A stretch of 64,000 nucleotides of DNA, taken from a virus. Taxonomy: Duplodnaviria; Heunggongvirae; Uroviricota; Caudoviricetes. The position numbers and the translations under genes were made by a program. Each line of letters opens with the position of its first letter. The stretch's first letter is position 1. The stretch is from the IMG/VR virus record IMGVR_UViG_3300018080_000114, one strand, 5' to 3'. Shown one piece after another: positions 26,101 through 35,142 of the stretch. The notes beneath the pieces were generated by a model, which saw only the letters and a program-made list of their open reading frames with translations, had not been told where the DNA came from and made no database searches.

Positions 26101-27392
26101 AGGATGATGGGGAAGAGGCCGAGATGCGCGTTGAGGCTTTGGATGATAATGATGCGGAGAGGATGATGCTCAAGCGTAAGGGCGTTGACAAAGTGACTGC
26201 CGTGAAGAAGATTGCTGAGTCGGAAGAGGTCGAGGAGTCTGAGGGGGATAATGAGGGTAAGAATGGGTATGTCGCTTTTTACAATGGTAAGAAGATGGAT
26301 ATCTATGATACTTCATTGTATGGTGCAAAGAAGCAGGCAATAGCTGCATTTAAGCCTCCGAAATCTAAGCAGCATATGGTGGCTGTGGAATTGGCTGAGA
26401 AGCCTGGGGGAGAGCAGGTTACACATGTGGCGACGGAGTCTACCGAGGTGGATGAGGCCCTGTCACGGAAGTACTACATCAAGTTCGCAGAGATGATGAA
26501 GGGTATGGAGGATCGTGCTGCCGCTTCTACTTTGGCGAAGATGATGGCTGCGATGTTCAAGGAAGATAATCCACGATTTGATTCAAGTCGATTCATGGCT
26601 GCGGCTGACGTGGTGATGGAGGCAGAGGAGTCGGTCGAAGGGGCTGAGGTTGAAGAGGCTGAAGAGCCTGTGGAAGAGGAAGTAGCAGATGAAAAGTGTA
26701 AGGACGAGGTAGAGGAGGAAGTTGAGGAATCGGAAGATGCGGTAGAAGAGGGCAAGGATGAGCCTGGGAAACGTGATGGTACAGGTTCTTATCAGGGTAA
26801 AAAAGGAAAGCGCAAGGAGGCTGGAGAGGATTGTCCGATGGAGGATGAGCCTGTGGATGAGGAGAAGGACCCAGATGCGAAGGTTCGAAATCGTGGAGAG
26901 TGTGTTTTCCAGTCCACACATGAGAATGTGCGTGATGATAAGGATCACTTCCCAATCAATTCTGAGGATCAGGCACGGAATGCTTTGGCGCGTGTTGCTC
27001 AGTATGAATCAGCTCCTGCATGGTACAAGGGAACTTTGGAATCCTTGCGTGAGGCTGTGAAGAGTGCGGTCAAGGAAGCTTATCCATCAATTGAGGTTGC
27101 GGAGAAGAAGATCGAGGAGTTTGAGGAAGTCACTGAGGAAGTGACGGAATCGATTGATCCTGCGTTTTCATTGGCGAGTGAGCTTCTGGGCTTGAATGAG
27201 AGCGTCGATACTATCGATGAGATCAAGGAGGGAACGGAAGTGACAATCATGTCGAATAAGAACATGCGGGTCATTTATGAGTGTGTCAAGGTGGCCAAGG
27301 TCACGGAGCACGCAGTGGAGGTTACAGGAAATGAGGCTGAAGTGGATCAGGAATGGTATAGCTTTGACCTGTGCCAGATCTATCCAGTGTAA
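23154..27392 (+). CDS. giant acidic virion/prohead-core-like protein (1412 aa)
   Basis: Single uninterrupted ORF immediately upstream of the gp21-like protease. Long E/D-rich low-complexity tracts; Cys clusters C-x8-C-x2-C and CCYTGKCDTCKVGCG. No recognisable portal motif. Confidence 0.55.
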   Translation: MDRQAYFDRLFSVVDSIRESHEFHLNETDSEWLKNDIQAFMKKYGVEDWDKAVSMYSTHNVLPEDKVRAALGESVLQEEEESEEERHAAAQDTGEKDEVDVKDDSDPDKEAESPHDPTDAEIEDAYNYFLRSANLSSDPIRNNGKTGVSIDFDMECPHRKRGKPCGYCYVEDNRKNALKWIERIMKQGGLSLQQVKDNIDARKWMHVPGPGYKRDKKTKPIVQGKSPFTMGAQTPSMISGRVEYKPGTLQRKRKLFSPENIKKFNASGGVRLYSFSDYNPEDDESLGALFKDADEIGLQIKAISKDPEFVKKWADRTGVTNLSVDNLEKDYGIHSNSLSLEDAVALKKKKKNVRIRTVAFNPEEAIRFAKVPEVDIVTPFHGRVNRLPKEMQDKAMDMKHGTPAHKELFKRIKSELSPEEKGKFCCYTGKCDTCKVGCGSDKREDPCSIDWDEILDDALGESTDYISYYRQGWVRAMRQDEDIICESYEHLLAAHMLNEQEEDFEEEPEAEVGAEEDFVEDEDEELAPEEEMPEEDFMEDEAEIPVPEDKEYVGKSEDTHFYMVPEKNDQGEIIDMKIVDQEENQLFSAEENGIEPTDMSLFLNTVFRDSDVGISEIDRQVIVKYIIPAAEQEIVNDMEDEEEELAGDDLPADDLGAEDEFAEEDVEAPEGEGDFEEELDDEGDEEMESPKKKKELMRPMESKLTEKRVEFDGHDFDVQLVDEGAEATVISVNGREFSFDSGFAELFHEDGALTESGVEELAKDALANLGQEEFEALAEASSGTKVSESAEFEDPTREEMLDALKPLMDEEGSEFDMEAAMYWYASDYHSGQNSNLYSVLSTSEYSPGASHSSVADDGEMAEMMYKELEAQFGGEGSEEGEEEHQDEPEEYDIFLSPAGSLGGQTQVKAGGKVIGTFNDEDEARQAAREWMEDNKFWPPVWVVSDHGNYHEISLGREDEMDTKESKVEEQGEFKHVYLVKYLKDDGEEAEMRVEALDDNDAERMMLKRKGVDKVTAVKKIAESEEVEESEGDNEGKNGYVAFYNGKKMDIYDTSLYGAKKQAIAAFKPPKSKQHMVAVELAEKPGGEQVTHVATESTEVDEALSRKYYIKFAEMMKGMEDRAAASTLAKMMAAMFKEDNPRFDSSRFMAAADVVMEAEESVEGAEVEEAEEPVEEEVADEKCKDEVEEEVEESEDAVEEGKDEPGKRDGTGSYQGKKGKRKEAGEDCPMEDEPVDEEKDPDAKVRNRGECVFQSTHENVRDDKDHFPINSEDQARNALARVAQYESAPAWYKGTLESLREAVKSAVKEAYPSIEVAEKKIEEFEEVTEEVTESIDPAFSLASELLGLNESVDTIDEIKEGTEVTIMSNKNMRVIYECVKVAKVTEHAVEVTGNEAEVDQEWYSFDLCQIYPV

Positions 27393-27419
27393 GTCACGAT
27401 CAATAGGAGGAGAAGGAAT

Positions 27420-29255
27420 ATGTTGCTGACTGAGAGAGTACATGGGAAAGTGCAGATCGTAGAGTCGGATCGTAGCAAGCTTCCTGAGACAGTGTTGTGT
27501 CGTGTTACATATCCCATCTGCAATATCGATGAGATGAATGCGAACCGAAGGATCTATGAGAAGGCCGTTTGGGAGCGTGTTCTGGGGAATGAGGAACTTC
27601 AGGAGAAGTTGTCGAACCGGAATCTCTATGGTCACGCAGAGCACCCAGCAGAAACTCAATCAGATCTGAGGGAGACCAGTCATATCATCCATGAGATGTG
27701 GATTGATGAGAATGACGGAAAGGTCTACCAGACGGTGGATGTTCTGGACACTCCAATGGGCCGTATCGTGGATTGTCTGTTGCGTGCGGATTCGCAGGTG
27801 GGCATGAGTACGCGCGCTGAGGGTGACCTGGAAGAGGCTGAGGATGATCGTGGGAAGTTTCATCGTGTCGTGCCGGAAGCATATCAGTACAAGACAACTG
27901 ACTTCACGGCTGATCCAAGTACGTTCAATGTGGCACCGATGAACGTTCGTCGCAATGTTAAGGAAACAGTGGAGCGTGAGATGGACAAGTTGAAGGAAGG
28001 TGACAAGAAGTTGGCCGAGGCCATTTTGGAGTCGGTGAGTGTTGAGGAATCAGATATCACTTTGGCAGATTTGTTCAAGGATGAGCGTCTGAAGGAAGGC
28101 GACACGTTGCACTACGGCGATCATACGGCGACGGTGAAGAGTATTGATGAGACGAACGTTTCTCTTTCTGTAGAAAAAGATGGAGCAACGTCGGATGTGG
28201 AAGTTCATGGGGACACGATTGTTGGGATCGATCCTGAGGGTATCGTGAGCGTGGTTCCTGTGGCTATGGAGCCTGAGCTTCCTGCAATGCCTGAGGAGCC
28301 TGGGAACACAGGTATGGGTGTGCCTGCCGTTGAACCTGAGGGCGAGCTGGGTGGCGAGCTGGGTGGTGAGCTTGGCGGCGAGCTGGAGGGTGAGCCTGTT
28401 GTGGAACCTGAGGATGATCTGGGAGCGCCAGAGGCACCTGGGGACATGGATGAGGAGCCTATGGGTGAGCCCGAGGACGTGGATTCCGAGATTGGGGTCG
28501 AGGATGAGGATGAAGAGGAGATGGAGGAATCCAAGAAAACTTCAGAAAATGTGACAGATTCTGAAGAAAAGAGCGAACAAAGTGCAACGGAGAGCGTAGA
28601 TGATAGTGAAGCCTCCGCTTCGTCTGTCGCGGAATCTGTACGTGAGGTGACAGAGTTGAAGATCCGGGAGGCCAGCGTTCGTGCTGAACGCGATAAGGCG
28701 CTTGAAGCGTTGCACACTTTGCAGCATGTCAAAGAAGCCAATGAAAGTCACAAGAGAGTTCGTTCGCGGCTCTTGAAGCGTAATGAGACCTTGCGAACGG
28801 AAGTGGCTGGATTGCGGTCAGTTCTGGAAACCAAAGCGAAAGATGCCAGTGAGGCTGCGGCCCAGCTGGAGGAAGCCAAGACCAAGTCTCAAGCTATTGA
28901 GGAACGTGTCAATAGTTTGGATGAGGATCACAAGGCTGACATAGAAGACAGATGCAATGAGTCATTCTTTGAAGGAAGGATGGCTGTTTTGGGTGAGTAT
29001 TTCGACCAGCGTTTGCGAGAGTCGAGACTGAAGGTTCACGAGAATGTCCGAGCACTACTCGGAGAATGCAGCACACTTCTGGACGTTGATGAGCTGATTG
29101 AGCGGCTTACCAAGGCCAAGAGACGGAGTGCAATTCACTCTGATCGGATCACGGAAATTGCTGTACGGAAGGTCGATCCTGAGGTTGATTCAGAACAACG
29201 ACGTGTCGATGAGGAGGTCGGTGAGATCTTCGAAGGATTCGGATTTACCTCTTAA
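27420..29255 (+). CDS. prohead core protease (T4 gp21-like) fused to coiled-coil scaffolding domain
   Basis: N-terminal ~200 aa align with T4 gp21 (NRRIYEKAV / GHAEHP / HIIHEMWIDENDGKVY / GMSTRAEGDL matching NKRLYPKRI / GELNHP / AIIIEDMWWKGNDVY / GVSSRGLGSL). C-terminal half is heptad-rich coiled coil. Directly upstream of the major capsid gene. Confidence 0.75.
   Translation: MLLTERVHGKVQIVESDRSKLPETVLCRVTYPICNIDEMNANRRIYEKAVWERVLGNEELQEKLSNRNLYGHAEHPAETQSDLRETSHIIHEMWIDENDGKVYQTVDVLDTPMGRIVDCLLRADSQVGMSTRAEGDLEEAEDDRGKFHRVVPEAYQYKTTDFTADPSTFNVAPMNVRRNVKETVEREMDKLKEGDKKLAEAILESVSVEESDITLADLFKDERLKEGDTLHYGDHTATVKSIDETNVSLSVEKDGATSDVEVHGDTIVGIDPEGIVSVVPVAMEPELPAMPEEPGNTGMGVPAVEPEGELGGELGGELGGELEGEPVVEPEDDLGAPEAPGDMDEEPMGEPEDVDSEIGVEDEDEEEMEESKKTSENVTDSEEKSEQSATESVDDSEASASSVAESVREVTELKIREASVRAERDKALEALHTLQHVKEANESHKRVRSRLLKRNETLRTEVAGLRSVLETKAKDASEAAAQLEEAKTKSQAIEERVNSLDEDHKADIEDRCNESFFEGRMAVLGEYFDQRLRESRLKVHENVRALLGECSTLLDVDELIERLTKAKRRSAIHSDRITEIAVRKVDPEVDSEQRRVDEEVGEIFEGFGFTS
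28341..28394 (+). repeat. in-frame 12-nt tandem repeat (GGCGAGCTGGGT x ~4.5; GELG peptide repeat)
   Basis: Seen directly; lies in the linker between protease and scaffold domains. Confidence 0.6.
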
Positions 29256-29269
29256 GAAGGAGTGAAGGT

Positions 29270-30784
29270 ATGAAGCTGAAGGAAGGTTATGCGGAATTGG
29301 TGGCAGAGGAAGCTACGCTGATGGAGAACAGACGTAATCGTCTGATGAATCTCCCTCAGATCAAGCCCTATGTCAATAGCGTTGCAAAGTATGTGGAGCA
29401 GACTCAGGGTCGTCCTATTACGATGCATGAGAAGAGAAACGTTGCTCAGTGTTTGTACAACTGCATCTCTGAGTCAGCGGCCAAGGGACGGAATCTGTTT
29501 GAGACGACTACGGAAGACAACATCAGCTTCTTGGGTGTTCAGCTTCCTGTGATCGCGGCTTTGATTCCTACGTTGGTTATGAACAAGGTGGCGGTTGTCC
29601 AGGCGCTGGACCGTAGAATCGGTGCGGTGTTCTATCTTGACGTGAAGTACGGTAGCACCAAGGGTGAGATCACTGCCGGTGATACCATGCTGTCAAGTAC
29701 CACTGGTCATGAGGAGAGTAAGTCTGGAAGACGTTACGCGAGAGCGAGCGTTGAGCGTGAGAGTCTGGGAACCGGCGACGGGACCTACTCAGGAACCACA
29801 GACTACAATCCTGGTCTGATCAATCTGGAGAACTGTGTTGTCGAGATGAAGGTCGGAACCACATACACCACAATCGGTACGTGTAGTGCGGCTGGTGTGT
29901 TTGCGAGCGTGTCTCCTTACACTGTCAGTGGTACGATCACTGCGGCTGGTGTGTACAGCATCACGGTTTCGGGTGCGACTTCTGGTTCTACGATCTCCTT
30001 GACTTACGACTATCAGTACGACCTGCCTAAGGATGCGTATGATCGTCGTGATGGTGTGCCTAAAGTGGACATCAGCGTCACGCAGTCAGCCGTTGAGGCG
30101 GTAGACTATCCGTTGAGAGCTGATTGGTCACTGGGTGCTCAGATTGACTTGCAGAAGGCTCATGGCATCGACCTAGAGCGTGAACTGGTCAAGTACCTGG
30201 GTTCCGAGGTGAAGTTCACCATCGACCAGGAGGGTCTGGATCGAATTGATACGGCTGCGGCCTCTTCAAGTTCGGCTGGAACCATCACCCAGTGGGATGC
30301 TCGTCCATCGGAGGGTGAAACCTGGAAGGACAAGAAGGAAGAGTTCATTGATCGGTTCGAAGAAGCATCGAACTTGATCTTCGATAAGACCAAGAGAGGT
30401 ATCGCAACGTTCGCCGTCGTTGGCAACAATGTTGCGAGAGTCCTGAAGCAGCTGGGCAAGGATTACTTCAGTCCAGTCAAGACGGACACTAAGCCTACTG
30501 GTCCGATGGAGATCGGTACTCTGAACAACCAGATTACGGTCATCCAGAATCCGTTCAAGAGCACCAACAGTTACACCGTTGGGTTCCGTGGAGATCAGTA
30601 CCTCTACGCTGGATTCGTGTACTGTCCGTACATTCCGTTGTTCGCTACTCCGACGCTGACAACCAGTGACCTGATCTCGCAGAAGGGCTTCCTGAGTTCG
30701 GCTGCGTTCAAGGTCATCAACGCTGGTTTGTTCTGTCAGGGTACGATTGCGAACTTGGCTGGTGGTTATGTCAAGGGTACGTAA
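29270..30784 (+). CDS. major capsid protein (T4 gp23-like)
   Basis: Segments DWSLGAQIDLQKAHGIDLERELVKYL, ATFAVVGNNVARVLKQLG and YTVGFRGDQYLYAGFVYCPYIPL parallel gp23 blocks; followed by the strongest terminator in the window. Confidence 0.8.
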   Translation: MKLKEGYAELVAEEATLMENRRNRLMNLPQIKPYVNSVAKYVEQTQGRPITMHEKRNVAQCLYNCISESAAKGRNLFETTTEDNISFLGVQLPVIAALIPTLVMNKVAVVQALDRRIGAVFYLDVKYGSTKGEITAGDTMLSSTTGHEESKSGRRYARASVERESLGTGDGTYSGTTDYNPGLINLENCVVEMKVGTTYTTIGTCSAAGVFASVSPYTVSGTITAAGVYSITVSGATSGSTISLTYDYQYDLPKDAYDRRDGVPKVDISVTQSAVEAVDYPLRADWSLGAQIDLQKAHGIDLERELVKYLGSEVKFTIDQEGLDRIDTAAASSSSAGTITQWDARPSEGETWKDKKEEFIDRFEEASNLIFDKTKRGIATFAVVGNNVARVLKQLGKDYFSPVKTDTKPTGPMEIGTLNNQITVIQNPFKSTNSYTVGFRGDQYLYAGFVYCPYIPLFATPTLTTSDLISQKGFLSSAAFKVINAGLFCQGTIANLAGGYVKGT

Positions 30785-30808
30785 TCGATGAGTAAGTGTG
30801 AATGAAAA

Positions 30809-30864
30809 GCAGAGGGGGTTCAAGGAGGGGTTTGTGGCTAGGAGCCTAACCCCTCTTGCTTTTT
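30809..30864 (+). terminator. strong rho-independent terminator after major capsid gene
   Basis: GCAGAGGGGGTT...AACCCCTCTTGC long GC stem followed by TTTTT. Confidence 0.7.
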
Positions 30865-30888
30865 ATATAGAAAGAAGGAGAGAATGAG

Positions 30889-31335
30889 ATGGTGGAGATG
30901 ATGATCAAGTCCCTCCAGGATCAATCACTCAACACGGTTCTGGGTCATCACTGGTTGGTAGAAGGTGAAGTGAAGTTGGTGCAGTTCAAGAATATGCAGG
31001 AGTTTGATGCATATGTGTCACTGGGCGTGATCAAGCCTGCGCCACAGGGTGCGATGGAGAGCAAGATGATTCCAGTGATCCCTGTACCTATGGAGAATGG
31101 GCTTCCAACTGCTTTGCATGATGGGGAGCAGTTTTTGGAGTTGAGTAATGATCCAGAGGTGGAGATTGATCCAGAGGAGATTCCGAATGAGGTCACTGTT
31201 GCAGCTCTGGAAGAGGAAGATCTGACAGAGGTGGGCAGTGTGGAAGAGCTTATGGAGGAGCTTGAGGAGGAAGATCCAGAGGAGGATGAAGAGGAAGACG
31301 AGGGCGATTGGACTAGTGAAATCGATCATGTGTGA
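30889..31335 (+). CDS. acidic head-associated protein (148 aa)
   Basis: E/D-rich C-terminus; AAGGAGAGAATGAG RBS. Confidence 0.45.
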   Translation: MVEMMIKSLQDQSLNTVLGHHWLVEGEVKLVQFKNMQEFDAYVSLGVIKPAPQGAMESKMIPVIPVPMENGLPTALHDGEQFLELSNDPEVEIDPEEIPNEVTVAALEEEDLTEVGSVEELMEELEEEDPEEDEEEDEGDWTSEIDHV

Positions 31336-31347
31336 TAGGTGGTGCAG

Positions 31348-32349
31348 ATGAGTCAGGTGACAATAACAAAGACATTCACTAATTCCAATGGAACACCATA
31401 CGATCCGACATCTGTGGTTTTGGAGAGTCCGGATGCATCTTGGGGTGTGAAGAGGAACGACACAAACGCGATCATGGTAGCGGCCAGCGTAGCCATGTCA
31501 AACCCATCAGTAGGAACTTATACCTACACCTTTGATGAGCCAGCAGGAGCGGATGGGCTTGGTTATACCTATTGGGTCAAGTATGTGGTGGCAGGGCATA
31601 CAGACTATGATAAGGGACAGATGTATGGCGCTACAAGTGATGATCTGGCATGTCAGAGAAACACAACCAAGTACTTGACTTGGATCAAGGCTGAGTTTGC
31701 CCCATTGACACTGGTGACACAGGATGCAACACTCAAGCAGTGTTTGGAGAATGCAATCCGATATTGGAATACGCATTCTGCATACCGTGTCTCTACCATG
31801 GTGTCTTACACATCTTCTCAGAAGAGAGCGCAGTTGCCTCCGGAGATCAAACAAGTAGCCCAGGTCTACCCAAGTAGATCTACGGATTGGATCTGGAACA
31901 ATCATCCAATGTGGTCTTTGTTGGGTGTGATGGTTTTGGACAACTACACCACAGATATGATTCTCCAGTCTGAGGCATACCGAAATTACCGTATCTATGT
32001 GGGGACAAATTTTCGATGGACGTTTGAGCCAGCGAAGGATCAAAAAGAAGGCGGGTATCTGTACTGCGTGAATTTGCCGAGCGGAACAACGAGTGTGTTT
32101 GTGTTGGGCACTAGACGAATCACCAAGTCTGAAGACATCAAGGATGAGTACATCAATGATTGGTTGCTGCGGTATTTCAAGGCGTTGGTGAAGCAGGTGG
32201 AAGGTAATACACTTCGGAAGGCGAATATGATTCTGCCTGGAGGCGTTGATGGTCAGTCTCTAGTAGATGAGGGGCTGGCTGAGATGGAGAAGCTTCAGGA
32301 GGATCTGGCAGCGAACGGAAGGTGGATCGCGTTCATCAGGAGACAGTAA
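31348..32349 (+). CDS. putative head/neck structural protein (~333 aa)
   Basis: ORF track (31339 GTG or 31348 ATG); beta-rich; position after capsid gene. Confidence 0.45.
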   Translation: MSQVTITKTFTNSNGTPYDPTSVVLESPDASWGVKRNDTNAIMVAASVAMSNPSVGTYTYTFDEPAGADGLGYTYWVKYVVAGHTDYDKGQMYGATSDDLACQRNTTKYLTWIKAEFAPLTLVTQDATLKQCLENAIRYWNTHSAYRVSTMVSYTSSQKRAQLPPEIKQVAQVYPSRSTDWIWNNHPMWSLLGVMVLDNYTTDMILQSEAYRNYRIYVGTNFRWTFEPAKDQKEGGYLYCVNLPSGTTSVFVLGTRRITKSEDIKDEYINDWLLRYFKALVKQVEGNTLRKANMILPGGVDGQSLVDEGLAEMEKLQEDLAANGRWIAFIRRQ

Positions 32350-32897
32350 TGCACTGGGTATTGAATGTTCTTGACAAAGTGTTCTGTTGGTTTCCGAGAT
32401 GGGCTTTTGTGGAACCAGACGAGTCAGGCATTCGAGTGACATTTGGACGCAGGGTAAAGGACTTGGAGCCAGGGTGGTATTGGTACTGTCCCCTGTTTCA
32501 GAATGTGAGGAAGGTCAATGTGGTGTCACAAGTCATCGACCTACCTGAGCAGGTGCTGACAACCACGAATGGGAAGACCATCTATGTGAGTGGTGGTATT
32601 GTGTATTCGATCAGACATCCACGGAAGGCAATCTTGAATGTGCAGGACTATGATCAGGCGATTCAAGTGATTGGGATGCGATACATTACTCAGTATGTGA
32701 TGGAGCATGACTTTGAGGCGTGTAAGAATATTGATGAGGTGTGCAAGGGGATCTTTAATGCGGTTCGTAAGCATGGGTTTCGTTGGGGCATCGAGGTAGA
32801 GGAGGCGTTCCTCACAGATATGGCTGAGGGCAAGGTGGTTCGGATTGCGATGAAGGGCGCTGTTGGCGCATTCCCATACGAAGAAGAAGGAGAGTAA
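32349..32897 (+). CDS. SPFH/band-7 (stomatin-prohibitin-like) domain protein
   Basis: N-terminal hydrophobic anchor then PDESGIRVTFGRRVKDLEPGWYW..VNVVSQVIDLPEQVLTTTNGKTIYVSGGIVYSIRHPRKAILNVQDYDQAI pattern characteristic of SPFH domains. Confidence 0.6.
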   Translation: MHWVLNVLDKVFCWFPRWAFVEPDESGIRVTFGRRVKDLEPGWYWYCPLFQNVRKVNVVSQVIDLPEQVLTTTNGKTIYVSGGIVYSIRHPRKAILNVQDYDQAIQVIGMRYITQYVMEHDFEACKNIDEVCKGIFNAVRKHGFRWGIEVEEAFLTDMAEGKVVRIAMKGAVGAFPYEEEGE

Positions 32898-32898
32898 C

Positions 32899-33873
32899 GT
32901 GTTCAACGATTTGTTTGAACAATTTGACATGGATGAGGCTACTGCATCTCAGATTCGTAGGAAGCAGAAGTCGATTGGGAAGTTGTTCCCTCAGTTTCCG
33001 GATCGGGTGAAGGCTGTCCAGGATAAGGGCGGTCTCCGTCTGAAGAATGTGGACCAGGAAACATGGAAGTGGAAGATTCACAGTGGCACTAAGTCTGATG
33101 TGTGGTACGATGCCGTGTTGCATTTCAAGGGCGTGGAGCCTTTGCTGCGGAAGCTGGCTGCGGACAGACGGCTGTGGAACAAGGATCGGACGAAGGTCAA
33201 CCTGAACAAGTTGTCGCGTGAGTTCTTGAAGCGTGCGGATATTCAGTTGGAATGTAGTTGTCCTGCTCAGAAGTACTGGGGTGGCGATTATGTGTTGAGT
33301 CGTCCGAAGTATGATGCGAAGTATGGGGACCCTGAGAACCGGGCTCCCAATGTTCGAAATCCAAAACAATATGGTGCTCATTGTAAGCACTTGCAGAATC
33401 TGTTCAAGGCACTGCCGTTCTATGCGGACACGGTGGCGAAGTGGCTGAACGATTTCTATCCTGAGCTGATTGGTGAGGTCGAGCAGGAAGCTGGAGCTGA
33501 GGCAGAGAAGTTCAAGAGAGCTGGGGAGGAGTTGAAGAAGCGTAAGGCAGCTAAGGAAGAGCCTGTACGGAAGCCTGTGCGGCCCGCTAAGGCTGAGGAA
33601 GAGCCAAGGGCAGCGGAGCCTAGGAAGGAGCCTGAAAGGGAGCCAGAACGCGAGGAGGAGCCTCAGAAGGAAGAAGAGCCTGAACGTAAGGTGGAACCTG
33701 AAACGGAGAAGCCGGAGCGTGAGGAGGAGCCTCAGAAGGAAGAAGAGCGCCCGGCTAAGGCTCGAAAGGAGCCAGAGAAAGAGGAATTACCAGATCAGAC
33801 CGAAGAGCCTGAAGAGCCAGAAAAGGATGAGGACGAAGAGGACAAGGACAAGCGGAAGATCTGGACAGCATAG
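32899..33873 (+). CDS. protein with C-terminal PEKE-rich low-complexity tail (~325 aa)
   Basis: GTG after GAAGGAGAG; 31-nt direct repeat at 33649 and 33718 encoding REEEPQKEEE. Confidence 0.45.
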   Translation: MFNDLFEQFDMDEATASQIRRKQKSIGKLFPQFPDRVKAVQDKGGLRLKNVDQETWKWKIHSGTKSDVWYDAVLHFKGVEPLLRKLAADRRLWNKDRTKVNLNKLSREFLKRADIQLECSCPAQKYWGGDYVLSRPKYDAKYGDPENRAPNVRNPKQYGAHCKHLQNLFKALPFYADTVAKWLNDFYPELIGEVEQEAGAEAEKFKRAGEELKKRKAAKEEPVRKPVRPAKAEEEPRAAEPRKEPEREPEREEEPQKEEEPERKVEPETEKPEREEEPQKEEERPAKARKEPEKEELPDQTEEPEEPEKDEDEEDKDKRKIWTA

Positions 33874-33882
33874 AGGTGACTG

Positions 33883-35142
33883 ATGGGTTACGATGACCTT
33901 TTGAATCACATAGAAGAAGAGGCTGGATCTGGGGTGTCTGCTCCAGGTTCTGAGGGTACAACCACGGAGGATAACGTGGCGTACCTTCCGTCTCAATTGG
34001 GCGTGGTAAAGCCAGCTCGGAAGCGCAAGAAAAAGAAGGCCCAGATGGAAGAGGGCGCATATGATCTTCCAGATGTGCAGCAGCAGTTGTTGGATGACAA
34101 TGAAGCGGCAACATCAGAGAAGGATCTGTGGGTCAACTCGACCATAGAAGAGGAGCCTTTTATCAAGTTTTGGTTGTTGAGTGACGGGACCTTTGTTCCG
34201 ATGCCTGATGGGCACTTGACGGGACTGACCATGGGTGATTATGGTGAGCTGAAGGATACTGGGGCTATTCGTATCAGTTCTGATCCAAGACGAGAAATGG
34301 CTTTGGACTATGAGGGGACTCCAAATTCAGATCAAGTTATTGCTCTTCAGGGATTGGCGAAGTTGCACAATACAGCGCGTGTTGTGATTGAGGATGAGTC
34401 CAACACAGAGAGTGACTTAGATAAGCGTGGTGATGTGATTGATTTGAAATCTCCAAGGGACTTGTCAAGGATTTTGCGTGGTCAGGGACGTCAGCAGAGT
34501 TTGGCGGCGCAGTTCCATGAATCGCTTGAGGAGGCAATGGACGAGGACATGACGAAGTTACGTGAGGACTTGAAACCGTCCCTGACACGGTTGTTCGAGG
34601 GCGATCCGTTCCATTTCGTAGAGCGGGATGCTTTATTGTGGAAGAGTCGGTTTGGCGTGGATCGATACCTGACAGCGGGTGCTCCATTGGTTTCTGTGGA
34701 GAAGAAGGTTCGGGATCTTCAGAAGTTGGCGGGTACTTTGTTGCAGAAGTATGGCAATGATCGTGGCTATCTGGAGATGCTCATTGAGGCTATGGCAGAG
34801 CGTGAGCCATTGAATTCATTTGATGGGTTCAAGGCGAATGATTATCTGTATGGGACACGGATGCACAGTTCTCATGAGGGAGTTGAAATGGTCTTTGAGG
34901 CTGCTCTAGATCCCCTGTACAATGTGTCGGAGACAATCTATGTCGGTGATACAGATGTTTTGGATCGGTGGGAAGAGCTGGCCAGAGGAATAAAGCGCGT
35001 TGGGAATGTGGTATACCCAAAGGGTGAACGATTCACACCAGGGCTGTTGCAGCTGCTGGAGCATGCTATCATCGATTCGACTGATGTAGATGTGGATGAT
35101 GAAGTTGAGGATGAGCTGAGGAGGAAACGGAATGACACGTGA
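33883..35142 (+). CDS. hypothetical protein (419 aa)
   Basis: ORF track; GAGGTGA RBS. Confidence 0.5.
   Translation: MGYDDLLNHIEEEAGSGVSAPGSEGTTTEDNVAYLPSQLGVVKPARKRKKKKAQMEEGAYDLPDVQQQLLDDNEAATSEKDLWVNSTIEEEPFIKFWLLSDGTFVPMPDGHLTGLTMGDYGELKDTGAIRISSDPRREMALDYEGTPNSDQVIALQGLAKLHNTARVVIEDESNTESDLDKRGDVIDLKSPRDLSRILRGQGRQQSLAAQFHESLEEAMDEDMTKLREDLKPSLTRLFEGDPFHFVERDALLWKSRFGVDRYLTAGAPLVSVEKKVRDLQKLAGTLLQKYGNDRGYLEMLIEAMAEREPLNSFDGFKANDYLYGTRMHSSHEGVEMVFEAALDPLYNVSETIYVGDTDVLDRWEELARGIKRVGNVVYPKGERFTPGLLQLLEHAIIDSTDVDVDDEVEDELRRKRNDT

Noticed and set aside
28320-28400. GGCGAGCTGGGT tandem repeats considered as a CRISPR or minisatellite element
   Set aside because: Only ~4.5 copies, no spacers, perfectly in-frame within the protease-scaffold gene (GELG peptide repeat); recorded as a coding tandem repeat instead.
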